DNA from: Chrysomallon squamiferum
Taxonomy: Eukaryota > Animalia > Mollusca
Direction of reading: 5' to 3'
Assembly (NCBI GenBank): GCA_012295275.1
Contig: CM022670.1
Span: 2,232,001-2,296,000, forward strand
DNA length: 64,000 nucleotides
The position numbers and the translations under genes are program-made. Shown here piece after piece: positions 1 to 11,543 of this stretch; position 1 is the first letter of the stretch; each line of letters begins with the position of its first letter. The notes under the pieces were generated by a model. That model worked only from the letters and a program-made list of their open reading frames with translations, had not been told where the DNA came from and ran no database searches.

Positions 1-200
1 AATCACACTGTGTATTTAAAAAAAAAAATCAATGATGATGTTAATGTAGCTAGGTGAATTAAGGATTATTCTATTTAAGATGTGCGTAATTTTTTTTTTT
101 TTTTTTTTTTTATATGTATTTTTTTTTTAAAGGCTGAAACTGAAATAAAGATAAATTAATTAATAATTTAACATATGTTTTTTTAATATTCAGTCACTGG

Positions 201-310
201 TCACATCTTTTCGACTGGATTTATTCCCAGGATGTTGAACACAGCTGCTATAACACTAGCAGTGGCTTCACACAGCAGTAGTCGACTCATATCAATCTTG
301 ATAATCTCAC
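201..310 (-). CDS. RARS1: Arginyl-tRNA synthetase (cytosolic), final coding exon: (G)EIIKIDMSRLLLCEATASVIAAVFNILGINPVEKM*
   Basis: Minus-strand acceptor tttcag|GT at 311/310; TGA stop at 203-201. The peptide matches the C-terminus of the ArgRS DALR anticodon-binding domain (RxLLCEA...F.ILGI.PV.xM). Phase-1 join with the upstream exon (ACA G|GT GAG). Confidence 0.95.
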
Positions 311-1974
311 CTGAAAATACATTTAAAAAAAATAATACTGTTTTAGTGTGCATTTCAGCCAAATTGTTTCTAAATCTATGATTATAAAGATAATAAAAAA
401 AAAAAAATAACATAAAATTGTCGGTGATAATGAATGAGAGAGAGAGAGAGCACAAGCACAAAAATATTGGAGAAAGAGTTAGAAATAATGACTATATTTA
501 TTAATTAGAAAGTAACTGACTATACACAAATAAAAGGAACTGCTGGATTATTTGTTTAAGCAAAAAACCTCAGAAGTTGTTTATTATTACAACTTTAAGC
601 AGAGTTCTTCTTGGATTTTATTACATTTTTTCCAAAGAATAATGACTTTATCAGATCCTTTGAAATACCAGTGAAGAATACCCAAAGGAGACAAGAACTT
701 GCAAAACAGACACTTTATCAATAAACCTCAAAACTTGTCTCGTACTTGAAACAATTGTAAATTCAGATTAAATCCCTAATTTGTCACATAATGCTGGAAG
801 CTAGCGGGGGGAAAACACGAAAAAAAACAGCTACCCCCCACTCCAAAACCTCACAGCCTAATTTCAGCTAACAACATTAATATAACTCAAATGGATCAGA
901 ACCAACAAAAACAACATCACAAGGCCTTTTTTTTTTTTTTTTTAATTCAAATCTTCTTTTTTTTTTCTTCTCATTATTCTTTGTTAACATTTGTTTGAAT
1001 GATTGTAATTAGCAGCTTTCAGCTCCTCTTAAGTGGGTTTCAAGAGACAAGTTTATAAGACTTTCGCACTTCTGGCACTGGCCTTCATCAAAACAAAAAG
1101 TTCAAACAGTACTTCTTGTATTGACACTGAAGTGTAATTCCATTCCGCACTGAAAACTGTAACATTTGGTTTGATTAATGAGAACTGCTTGATGGAACAC
1201 TTTATTCCTCCTATGCATTATTCAAACAGTCAGAAAAACATGATGACACCTTCCACACTTGTAGGGCTGCTGGTTAATTGCTTCTTTCATCATGGCAAAG
1301 GGAAAAACAAATTTTCATATTTAGCAGTTAACATGTTTGATAGAGAATCTGTCATCACTCTTAAAGATGTTTTGTGTTCAAGAGTCTTCTAGGAATTTTG
1401 GTTTTCAATAGCTGGTTATTATCTTAGTTTTACTGAATGTTTTATAATCTCTAAACATGTTTTTATCACTGTAAGATCATAACATGACATGTAAGAGATA
1501 CTAAAAAAAAAAAAAAATTAAAAAAAGAAGAAAGATTCATTCTGAAATATGGCTAAAGATTAATAATCTGAAAACATTTTAAATAAAGTTCAGGAAAATA
1601 AATAATTAATATACAAATTAATAATAATAATAGTAATAATAATAATAATAATTGTAACAGAAATAACAATAATTATTATGATGATAATGATAATAATAAA
1701 TTTAATCTCACAATAGTATCTTTAACTGAGTTAATTCATATTCAAGTTTTGTGCATGATACTAGGTCACAAGTAATCTGTTAGTTAAAATTTTTGTTTAT
1801 TGGTGATTCTTTATAATGAAGTGAAGTAATATCTCAGTATGAAACAACAGGAATAAAGGTTAAACATTTTTGGCATAACTATGTTATATTATCAGCCTCT
1901 CTCAACGTTTTTACATTGGATGAATCCCTGAACTAATATTCATGTCTCAGAAAACCCCTGGATCAATGTAAAGT

Positions 1975-2013
<39 letters not shown>

Positions 2014-2867
2014 ATAATAATAACAACCCCAAAACAAACAAACTGGTATTTGTATTTTATAAGTCTGATCTCTTACAGATCATTAGCAGATTTCTTGGTT
2101 ATGTCAAATGAGAAACTCTGCATTACATAAAATGCACTTAAGTTCATATGCATGCTATGTCTGTACTTTCAAATATGTGCCTTTGTAATAACATTTCAAT
2201 CCCATTAACATCCACACCCACACACACACCAATATACAATCTACATACTTGAAAAATCATATTGTATATCACTAAACAATACTCATATATCGGTCATTAT
2301 ATCACCCATATCTGAAGTCTGTATATGTCAATATTTTATCACTATCTTAAATTATTTAGAAACAAAAGCTTTTGACATATGGGAAATGTAAATCTAATAT
2401 GTATTTATCACAGAACTTCCTAGTAGTAGAAGCCAATTACAAGAAAGGCAACACTGGTTTGCTAGAAAGATTATTAAGCAATAAGTCACAACTGATTCAA
2501 ACCATGCAGAGAACAGAAAAAAACAGTACATTAAAATACAGACTGAAAGCAATGACTTAAAATACAGCAGAAAAGAATCAACTCAAACTGACAAAAAAAT
2601 GTGTGTCTGTATGCATATATTTGTGTGCTTTTTATATAAAGCACAAAAATAAAAAAGACCTATAATAATAACAATAAATATACATGTAAGTAAATGAATA
2701 AAATGTAATGAAAATGAAGTAAAGTACTCTCACCTCCATCAACAAGAAAAAAAAAAAAATACCCCTCCCCAAAAACTACAACAAATAAAACAACCTCTTC
2801 TTACCCTATGCCCACAAGATAATTTGTTTGTTTGTAGTCATTTTTAAAATAAAAACTATATAAATAC

Positions 2868-3115
2868 CTGTATGCTTATCTTTCTCTATACAGTAACAGA
2901 CATCGTAGAACTCTGTGAAAGTGGTTGTCAGTTCATACAGGTAGTCACACAGGGAGTGGATATACAGGTCATCCAAAATTTTCAAAATGACTTCTGGAAA
3001 ACGTACAAGACATTTTGCCAGCTTCCACTCTTTTGGGTGGTCCAGAACAATAGCTGTAGATTGTATTGCTTTTTTCAGATCTTCAGATGAAATATTTGCC
3101 TTTCTGGCTATTGAT
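2868..3115 (-). CDS. RARS1: RARS1 internal exon, 248 nt: [82 protein letters not shown]
   Basis: Acceptor cctag|A at 3116/3115; donor AG|GTATTT at 2868/2867. Contains the DALR-domain motifs LDH.KEWKL and [18 protein letters not shown]. Confidence 0.96.
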
Positions 3116-3773
3116 CTAGGGATAAAAGATTTTAAAATTTTTTTAAAAATTAAAATAAATATATACACACACTCATATTGAAGGAATTATATATATATGA
3201 TTAATCTGTTCAAAATTAAGTAACTTAAAGATCCATTCTGAATAAAAGTCAAATTTTTTTAATTAAAAGTTCACTGATCCTTCCAAATACTCTCAAATAA
3301 CAAATCACAAGTAACATTTTAAAAGACAATTAAATAATAAACAACAAACCCAGACAAAACTGCTTTAAAATGAAAAAAGAAATAATAATAATAAATCCAA
3401 CCCCCACAAAATCAGGAACAAGCAATAAACCCTAATGTGATCTGCAAACAAATTAAGTAATTTTCAAATTTCAGATTTGACAGAAATACCAGTCTAACAT
3501 TTCCCTCAGGCAGAACAGAACTGACTTCACTGAGGTCTTCTTTACAACATCTTACATAATAAATATTTTGTATTTAATTTCTGTTTGGAAGACCAGACAG
3601 ACATTTTTCCCAAAAGAACAGAATTTCAGTGGAGGTCATTTAGTCCTGTTTGATTAGCTGCTGATTAGCATTCGAATTTATAACTGATCAACAAATGGAA
3701 TCCCTGAAGAAAATGTAAATGACAAAAACTGAAACTTGATTTAACTTTGAAATGTCATAACATAACTAGCTCA

Positions 3774-3775
<2 letters not shown>

Positions 3776-3828
<53 letters not shown>
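3776..3828. repeat. (TTA)n microsatellite
   Basis: Perfect trinucleotide run read directly. Confidence 0.95.
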
Positions 3829-4729
3829 TTTTTTATTTCATTTATTTTTGTTGTATGAATAAAAAAAACTGTAAAATATAAATAATTCAAAAAATAATTT
3901 TCATAGTTTCTTGAAATGACTCTTTTTTAAACTAAAATTATTTCAGTATTAAGCAACCTACTGCTCTATATAATTTCAAATAATAATTGAAAAAAAAAAA
4001 AATAAAAAAAAAAAAAAAAATGTACTAAATCTTGTGAAATGTAAATAATTTTAATCTATAATCTTAAACCACTATGTTCACTTTCTGCACATACTCTATC
4101 ACACTCCAAAAATCCATAACAGTGCAGCAATAAACTAGCAATCATTTATTCTTATGTTTATGTTTGTCATAAAAAGTATTTTTCACTTCTTTTATTTTAT
4201 GGGTCACATAATGGGTACTTAGTACACAGAGATTAAATTCACGATAAAAACACTACTAAATACAGGATGTAATGCATTATCAACTCATGGATGTAAATTA
4301 AAATACAATAAAATTGCAAAGCAAGAAAATAAAATAAAATAAAATTATGCTGCAGTATTTACATTAAAAAAAAAAAAAAAAAAAAAAATCCACTCCATAA
4401 ATCATCTACCCCCCCAACAAAAACCTGAAAATAAAGCAAACAAACAACCAGCAACTATAGCATCCTAAGCAAAATGTATTGATGAAATAAAGATTTTTTT
4501 TTAAATTTTTATTTTTCCTGGCATTCTTTAAACAATACTCAGTCCAAACACAAGCAATATGTTCTAGAAAGATGTTCATTTCATGTATAAGTACATTCTG
4601 AATATTTATTATTATTTATTTTAAATAAAAAATAAATTAACAAATTAACAAACAGAAATTTTAGTAACTTTTTCGAAAAATGAGCCATTTGAGCACCCAC
4701 ATATATAATAAACAATCATTAAAAACTAA

Positions 4730-4766
<37 letters not shown>

Positions 4767-5139
4767 GAAATATTCTTTTCTACATGGAATCAGTTTGTGT
4801 GCCTTAGGCCAATTCCATACAGTGAATCCTAGCAAGAAGAATTTTATACTTAAAATAATTTTAATGGTGCCAAATATTTATCAAAAGCTTTTTAAATTAT
4901 GATATTCACACAAAGAACTAGGCTAAAATTTTAATAACATAATAAGATAATTTTGATTTTCAGATATCTTCTTTTTTTTTTAAGGAGAAAAAAAAGGAAT
5001 TCAAAATAAACAAAATTAATATTAACTCTACCAACAAACTTTATTGCAAAGCTTTTTAAAATGGGTTTCATCTTTTCTGGCAACAGTTTCAAGTAATGAT
5101 TATTAAAGAAATATTTTTTAACGAGATTTAAAAACTTAC

Positions 5140-5198
5140 CTAATCCTTGTGTAGGCATATAACAAGTATGCAGCTGTGTTACCTCGGTCGTCAAGCAT
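5140..5198 (-). CDS. RARS1: RARS1 internal exon, 59 nt: MLDDRGNTAAYLLYAYTRIR
   Basis: Acceptor ttcag|ATG at 5199/5198; donor AG|GTAAGT at 5140/5139. Carries the GNTAAYLLYAYTRI signature of ArgRS. This frame is not in the ORF track; translated by hand. Confidence 0.96.
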
Positions 5199-6725
5199 CT
5201 GAAGAGAAAGAGATAAAATAAATAAAAAATATTCTTTATTAATCTTTACAGTTTTTGCAGGCCTCAATTTAAATTTATTTAAGTTCATTTATTAATTGGA
5301 TTAATTGGAGTATCTTTCCGTAATTTTATTTTTTTTGCATACAGGTTTTAAAAATTGGAAAAATTCAACACCGCAGTCTTCTGTCATGTAAGTTAGAAAA
5401 AAAATAAAATAAAAAATACTTCAAACATAAATAAAATGTATTTAAAAAAACAACAACATTTAATCAATAACAACTAATAATTAAGAAAAATAATAATAAT
5501 AAAAATAAAATTAGCAAAATATAATATCATTTATCCCAGTTTATTGTTAAAGAAATGTAAGATGTTGCACTGAAGTGTAAAAAAATAGCATAACAATTCA
5601 ATCTGTGGAAAAGTGGAGGCTGTTAACTCTGCACTAAACAACTCGGTGTGTTTGTAGTTATTACATCTCTCACATCCATCCCCAGCTCTAGTTTTAATTA
5701 AGTCTTTAAGAGCACACAGTCAATATTTGTTCACATGCATGTTAACACAAGCTCAGGGGATAATTGAAAAAAAAATCTCTAATGCAAGTACATGAAGCTG
5801 TCCAAAGATGAAATATTTATTGCAGCAACAAATTGGTTATTTTCAGTGGCTTTGTAATATGCAATGTCTTGCAGTGCTAATTAAACACCTGGTAATTTCA
5901 GCACTGGGCAAGGTTATTAGGAGTTGAAAGTCCAGCAGAGTGATATCGAAGAACCGAGATTGTTGCAGGTCATGTGGTGAGTTTCCTTTTTGACAAAAAT
6001 ATATCTCTCTTTTCTTATTTATAGAAAAATCAGGATATAAAAATGAGTATGATGTTACTTGATATAATAAAAAAAAAAAAAAAATATAAGCATCAAAACC
6101 AAAAAAAAAGAATAAAGAACTTAATGTGTACTATTTGGATTACAAATTATTTTAAATATTTTTAACCTGCAAGTACTGAAGGTACATTTATCACATAACT
6201 ACTTTGTTAAAATAGTGAATACATCTTTAACAAAATCCTCTTCAACAATGCACATTTTTAAGACATTTATATATTAACACAGTCTGATACTTTGACATAC
6301 TAACTATGAATAATTACTGCAGTATCATAAACAAACGTTCACCTCTGAAACACAATGATAAAATACTGAAGACAGTGTAGTTTGAAACACTAACTACAAA
6401 ACAAAATAAAATATTGATACTAAACACTGGAGACAACTTGGGAACAAAAACAGCAGAAGATTCTTTCTGTATCCTGAAAACTATTTAATACTTCAAAAGA
6501 CTAATTATAAAATCCTGTTACTATTAAACAAACAACAACAAAACAAAAACAATACCACTATCTTCAGAAGTAATTTCTGTACTTTGAAACACAATTATAA
6601 AATAATATTACTACTGTGAAAATACTTCAGTACTTTGAAACACTAACTATAAAATAAAGCCATTTTAAATCAAAGATATTTTTAATGACTGACTGCAACA
6701 AACCTAATACAGAACACTACATTTG

Positions 6726-7352
6726 TTTTATGCATCAGCCTGCAATACCAACAGTGATATCATTTATCTGACTCTAAAAAGTCTGTGTAAGAATGTTTAA
6801 AAGGAGGAAGTCAGTTTTGATTTGTATGGAAACCACAACACTTCCTCAAAGGCTGCGACACATTTGAGCAAGGTGAACGTTTCCAATTAACTTGGATATT
6901 TCAGTTCACATGCAATTATTACTAGACAACACTGGATACAACACAAACATGCTAATATTTTAAAACTCTGTCAGTCTGGTGAAACATTGCTATTCTATTC
7001 TGAGAACTATTCTAACACACTGAATGAATTTATGTATTTTGAAACATTAACGACATAATAAGGATTACATACAGTATTTAGTTCTGTACCTTGAAACACT
7101 GACAATAATAAATGGCTAAATGCAAATTGCAACAATTCTAATAAAGAAAACTACTTTTATTTTATGCATCAGCCTGCAATACCAACAGTGATATCATTGA
7201 TCTGATTTTAAAAAGTCTGTGTAAGAATGTTTAAAAGGAGGAAGTCAGTTTTGATTTGTATGGAAACCACAACACTTCCTCAAAGGCTGCGACACATTTG
7301 AGCAAGGTGAACGTTTCCAATTAACTTGGATATTTCAGTTCACATGCAATTA
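6726..7352. repeat. Near-identical ~193-bp direct repeat (6726-6918 and 7160-7352), 434-bp offset
   Basis: ttttatgcatcagcctgcaatacc...cagttcacatgcaatta occurs twice with only a few substitutions near its start. Decayed 'tttgaaacac' units occur upstream of and between the two copies (about 6345-7100). Confidence 0.93.
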
Positions 7353-7665
7353 CTAGGCAATATTAGATATGATACAAACATGCCAGTAATTGCCTTCAGA
7401 CCTTTCCATGTCCTATACAAATTACAATCACACTGGTCTCAGCAAATTAAAGCTTTTCACATCAAAGTAACAGTTTTTGTTGACAACAAGTCGTACAGCT
7501 CGTTTGGAATCTCTTTATGAAAATGGCTCATAATAATCATTTTTTTTAATACTCTGAGTGTGAACTTATCTAATGATATCTTAATCTTTATTATTTTGCT
7601 GTGAATATTTGTTTAATATCTCTTAAATATATTTTGTTTTTAAGTGTTTTTTTATTTTTTAATAA

Positions 7666-7667
<2 letters not shown>

Positions 7668-7697
<30 letters not shown>
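7668..7697. repeat. (TG)n microsatellite
   Basis: Read directly. Confidence 0.9.
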
Positions 7698-7698
<1 letters not shown>

Positions 7699-8420
7699 CA
7701 TAAATGCCAATTATTAACTTATTAGTTATAAGTTAAGTTTTTCATCAGACTGGAGAGCACTTATCACAACTTTTGATAAACCAGTTATTGTAATTAGACT
7801 GAAATGTGAAATTGCTAACTAAATATACCAAGGAGGATAGATCCTTTAACCATTTACAAGTCAGACCAAAGTTTTAACTACAGAGCTGCAACTCATTTGT
7901 ACTGAGATGAAGAACTTTGCTAAAATAAACATATTAAAAGCTGCATGAAATATATTTTGGGTTAACAACTCACTGTATAACTACTTATTCTTCTTTATGG
8001 AAAAAAGTTAAAATTTTAAAGATAGGCTGGCTTATAAAGGATTTTGTAAATTTAAAAATCTGTTAATGTTCAGTTTGTTGATTTGAAAATATAATGATTC
8101 AACAGCTGCGAGACATCTAGCCTAGTTTTCATCTTTTCTAAAGTAGTCATTAGTAAGTTAACTTTGCCAAATCGTAAAACACTTTGCAGACAGACAAGCA
8201 CTACCCTCTTCCTTTCCAATTACTTTTTAGCCGTTTTTTTTTTTTAAAAATCACTATTATGTCATTAAATGAAAAATCAAAGTGAAAAAAAAAAAAAAAA
8301 AAAAAAAAAAAATGATCACATAAGTTATGACCAAATAATATGTCATAAATCTTTTAAAGTACTTGAAGTCTCAACAGTTTAATGGATTTTTTAAAAATTA
8401 TTTCTTTTTCTCTCTCTCAC

Positions 8421-8534
8421 CTTGTCAAAAGAGAAGACATAGTCGTGCAAACGGTTGTGAGACAAATCTGCATATTTGATACAACCATATGCAACCGACT
8501 CCATGGCTTTCTTCAGTTCTTCTTCAGTCAGTTC
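8421..8534 (-). CDS. RARS1: RARS1 internal exon, 114 nt: [38 protein letters not shown]
   Basis: Acceptor ttacag|GAA at 8535/8534; donor AAG|GTGAGA at 8421/8420. [12 protein letters not shown]...DY.FSFD motif of eukaryotic ArgRS; phase 0 at both ends. Confidence 0.96.
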
Positions 8535-8747
8535 CTGTAATAACAATAACAATAACAATAATAATAAATAAATTAATTAATTAATTAAAAAAGTAATAAG
8601 AATTTTAATAGTAATAATAACAACATCATATAATCATATAATAATAATAATGAGTATGAAGATGAGTATGAAGATTATTAGGATAGTGATGATGATAATG
8701 ATGGAAATGTTGAAGATGATGATGATAATATGAAGAAAAAATCTATT

Positions 8748-9356
8748 GGGTCATTCCGTGTCAAATCACCCAATGGTTTAAACCCGACCGTCTCAGATTT
8801 TTATGAAACTTGGTATACTTGTTGTCTGGGATCCCACAGCACCAAATCTGAAATTTTAGCTCAATCAGACCAGTGGTGTGGGAGATACGGCCCACCGAAT
8901 TTTGAGATTTTTGCCAAAAATGGGTGTGACCACCAACCTTAGAACCCTCATATCTCAGGAACTACTGGGCCAATCTTCATAAAATTGGTATTGTTAGAAA
9001 GGTAAAATGACAAGGATACCAAATCTGCCATTTTTGTTTAGTTTGGAAAATACTGGAGTACCTTGACCTTTTGACCTTTGCTATGACCTTGAAATTGACC
9101 GTGTGGATCACGTGATCTTGAGATGACCTTTATTGAAATTTAATCTCCCACATGTTAACTAAAACATATAAAAAAATATTTTTTGTTTAGCCACAATATA
9201 GATTTAAAAAATGCACATAGATGAAAATAACACCTTTTCAGCCATTATCTGATTAACTAAAACCTGAATGATCAATTCTGGATGCTAGGAATCACCATCT
9301 CTCTTCATCATCGAGTAAGACATTGTAGGCCTACATGTATGCATAAAATTCACATA
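8748..9356 (+). repeat. Left terminal inverted repeat (~610 bp)
   Basis: Aligns by eye to the reverse complement of 10915-11543 with scattered substitutions and a few small indels. Confidence 0.92.
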
Positions 9357-10160
9357 TAAAAGTTTCCTGGGTATAATATTTTTTGTTTAGCCACAATAGA
9401 GATTTAAATAAATGCATACCTGCATGGATGATTGATACAATGCATTACAATGTACATTTTCTCTGAGACTAAAAACTCATCTTTGGAGTTAAAACCCACC
9501 TGACATGTCTGAAGGAATGCCTGAAGGATATGAAAAGATGCCAAATGGCATGACATGTTCTACACAATCAGGCTGAAAGGGTTAACAGGAAGTGATGCTT
9601 CAGGCAGGTCAGGAACTCCTTTAGATTCCCTGGTGCAATCCCCATTGAGCACATGGCAATTAGAAGTTTAAGACAAAGAAGTTTCTTCATCCACATTTCT
9701 TTGACAATCTGAAGCTTTTTAAGTTGGACACAGTGTCAGATGTTGATATATAAACAATACTTTTATTTCATAAAACCTATTAAGTAATTTTATCATGTCA
9801 TGTGGGCCTTGCCATTGGTTTTGAACAAGGTTTCAGTCAACAACAGTGCAACCCAGTCTGAAATCAGATGTCATCAAGTGATGTACTGCATAATGTATTT
9901 GTACACCCAGTCTTCGGCACAGAGTATGAACAAGGTCTACTTCACCTTAATAAACTGTGATTTATACTTGAGAAGATTGACATAAATGCCTAAGACATGT
10001 GGGCCTTTGGCAATAACACATGTACTCTGCTGCCATTTTATGACCTGCTTAACTTTACTGAAAGGGTTTCAGGATTTGATTTAATATTTAGGAAAGCACT
10101 GACTTTGTTCTATTGAATTGAAGGTGCAGGCCAATACTGAAAATCCTTATTTCTTCCAGG

Positions 10161-10931
10161 GCTAACTGCAGCTTTAACTCTCCTGAAAATGTGTGTTATC
10201 AACACCATCATATCAAGTCGAACTCCTCACTCTTTGAATGGGATCGAAACACGGGACATCAAGAGTATCATGAACAAGAACTTTTCATCAAATTTTCAAC
10301 ATTGCAGAAAAACTGTTGTGATCCCCTTAATCGCCACCCTGAGCAAGCACGCACTAGATCTTTAAGAATTGTTAGCATGGGCACTTACAAATGCTTAGTA
10401 AATCCTCCAAAGACACTAGTGCCAGGAGACAAGTTGTGCTGTGATTGTCTGATTACCCTTCAGAAATCAAAGGTCCTGCAGAAGATGGCTTTAGTATGGG
10501 TGGTATTACAATGGGAGAATTTGGTGATAACTTGCCAGACAAACGGCTGGCCGTTGTTTCCCCAGAAAAGGACTTTGATTTGAATTCTATTCTGTCGAGT
10601 TTAGGTGAAACTCCTGTCAAACTCCATTCTCTAGCACATTCCAGTAAATGAATGAAAGGACAGAAAAAAACTAGCATCAGCTACAGTAACATTAAAATGA
10701 CATCTTAATGTCTGAATCCTACCCAGAGCGTGTGCAAATCTTGATTTTGTCACCCTTTACCATTGAAAGGACAATGAATTGAAGGAGGAAATAATCCAAT
10801 TTTATGAAAGTGATGAGAACAGTAGAATGTGTCTGGGAATGAAGGATACAGTGAGCATTTGAAACAAACATAGTGAGAAGGTTAAGCATCAGAAACACCT
10901 AGTTCTCTCAAATTTATGTGAACTTTATGCA
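10161..10931 (+). pseudogene. Decayed transposase 5' part: Cys/His-rich ARL14EP-N-like domain plus an FYxxDxxSRxxPGxKD...QKR-type segment; catalytic region absent
   Basis: One frame gives ANCSFNSPENVCYQHH...EYHEQELFIKFSTLQKNCCDPLNRH...LVPGDKLCCDC. After a frameshift: SILSSLGETPVKLHS. From ~10770: DNELKEEIIQFYESDENSRMCLGMKDTVSI*NKHSEKVKHQKHLVLSNLCELYA. Contains stops and frameshifts and is truncated where the right TIR begins. Confidence 0.75.
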
Positions 10932-11543
10932 TACATGTAGGCCTACAATGTCTTACTCGATGATCAAGAAAGATGGTGATCCCTAGCATCCAGAATTGAT
11001 CATTCAGGTTTTAGTTAATCAGATAATGGCTGAAAAGGTGTTATTTTCAATGTATGTGCATTTTTAAATCTATATTGTGGCTAAACAAAAATATTACACC
11101 CAGGAAACTTTTATATGTTTTAGTTAACATGTGGGAGATTAAATTTCAATAAAGGTCATCTCAAGATCACGTGATCCACACGGTCAGTTTCAAGGTCATA
11201 GCAAAGGTCAAAAGGTCAAGGTACTCCAATATTTTCCAAACTAAACAAAAATGGCAGATTTGGTATCCTTGTCATTTTGCCTTTCTAACAATACCAATTT
11301 TATGAAGATTGACCCAGTAGTTCCTGAGATATGAGGGTTCTAAGGTTGGTGGTCACACCCATTTTTGGCAAAAATCTCAAAATTCGGTGGGCCGTATCTC
11401 CCACACCACTGGTCTGATTGAGCTAAAATTTCAGATTTGGTGCTGTGGGATCCCAGTCAACAAGTATACCAAGTTTTATAAAAATCTGAGACGGTCGGGT
11501 TTAAATTTCTTTTTTTTTTGGGTGATTTGACACGGAATGACCC
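10915..11543 (-). repeat. Right terminal inverted repeat (~630 bp)
   Basis: Reverse complement of 8748-9356. Confidence 0.92.

Larger units (their letters stand above)
8748..11543 (+). mobile_element. Non-autonomous, internally deleted DNA transposon, probably Sola2 group
   Basis: Termini GGGTCATTCCGTGTCAAATCACCC (8748) and GGGTGATTTGACACGGAATGACCC (ends 11543) are reverse complements. TATT flanks both ends (8744-8747, 11544-11547), giving a 4-bp TSD. TIRs are ~610 bp and there is an internal transposase remnant. A 4-bp TSD, 5'-GRG ends and long TIRs are the described Sola2 hallmarks (from recall; no search run). Confidence 0.88.

Noticed and set aside
201-461. ORF-track starts for the RARS1-containing ORFs (461, 3168, 16404)
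   Set aside because: The extensions are intronic read-through; the true boundaries are the splice sites listed under features.
2872-3181. Plus-strand ORFs opposite the RARS1 exon
   Set aside because: Antisense shadows of coding sequence.
8730-8942. 70-aa ORF with ordinary-looking composition
   Set aside because: Lies in the non-coding left TIR of the transposon; no recognisable protein motif.
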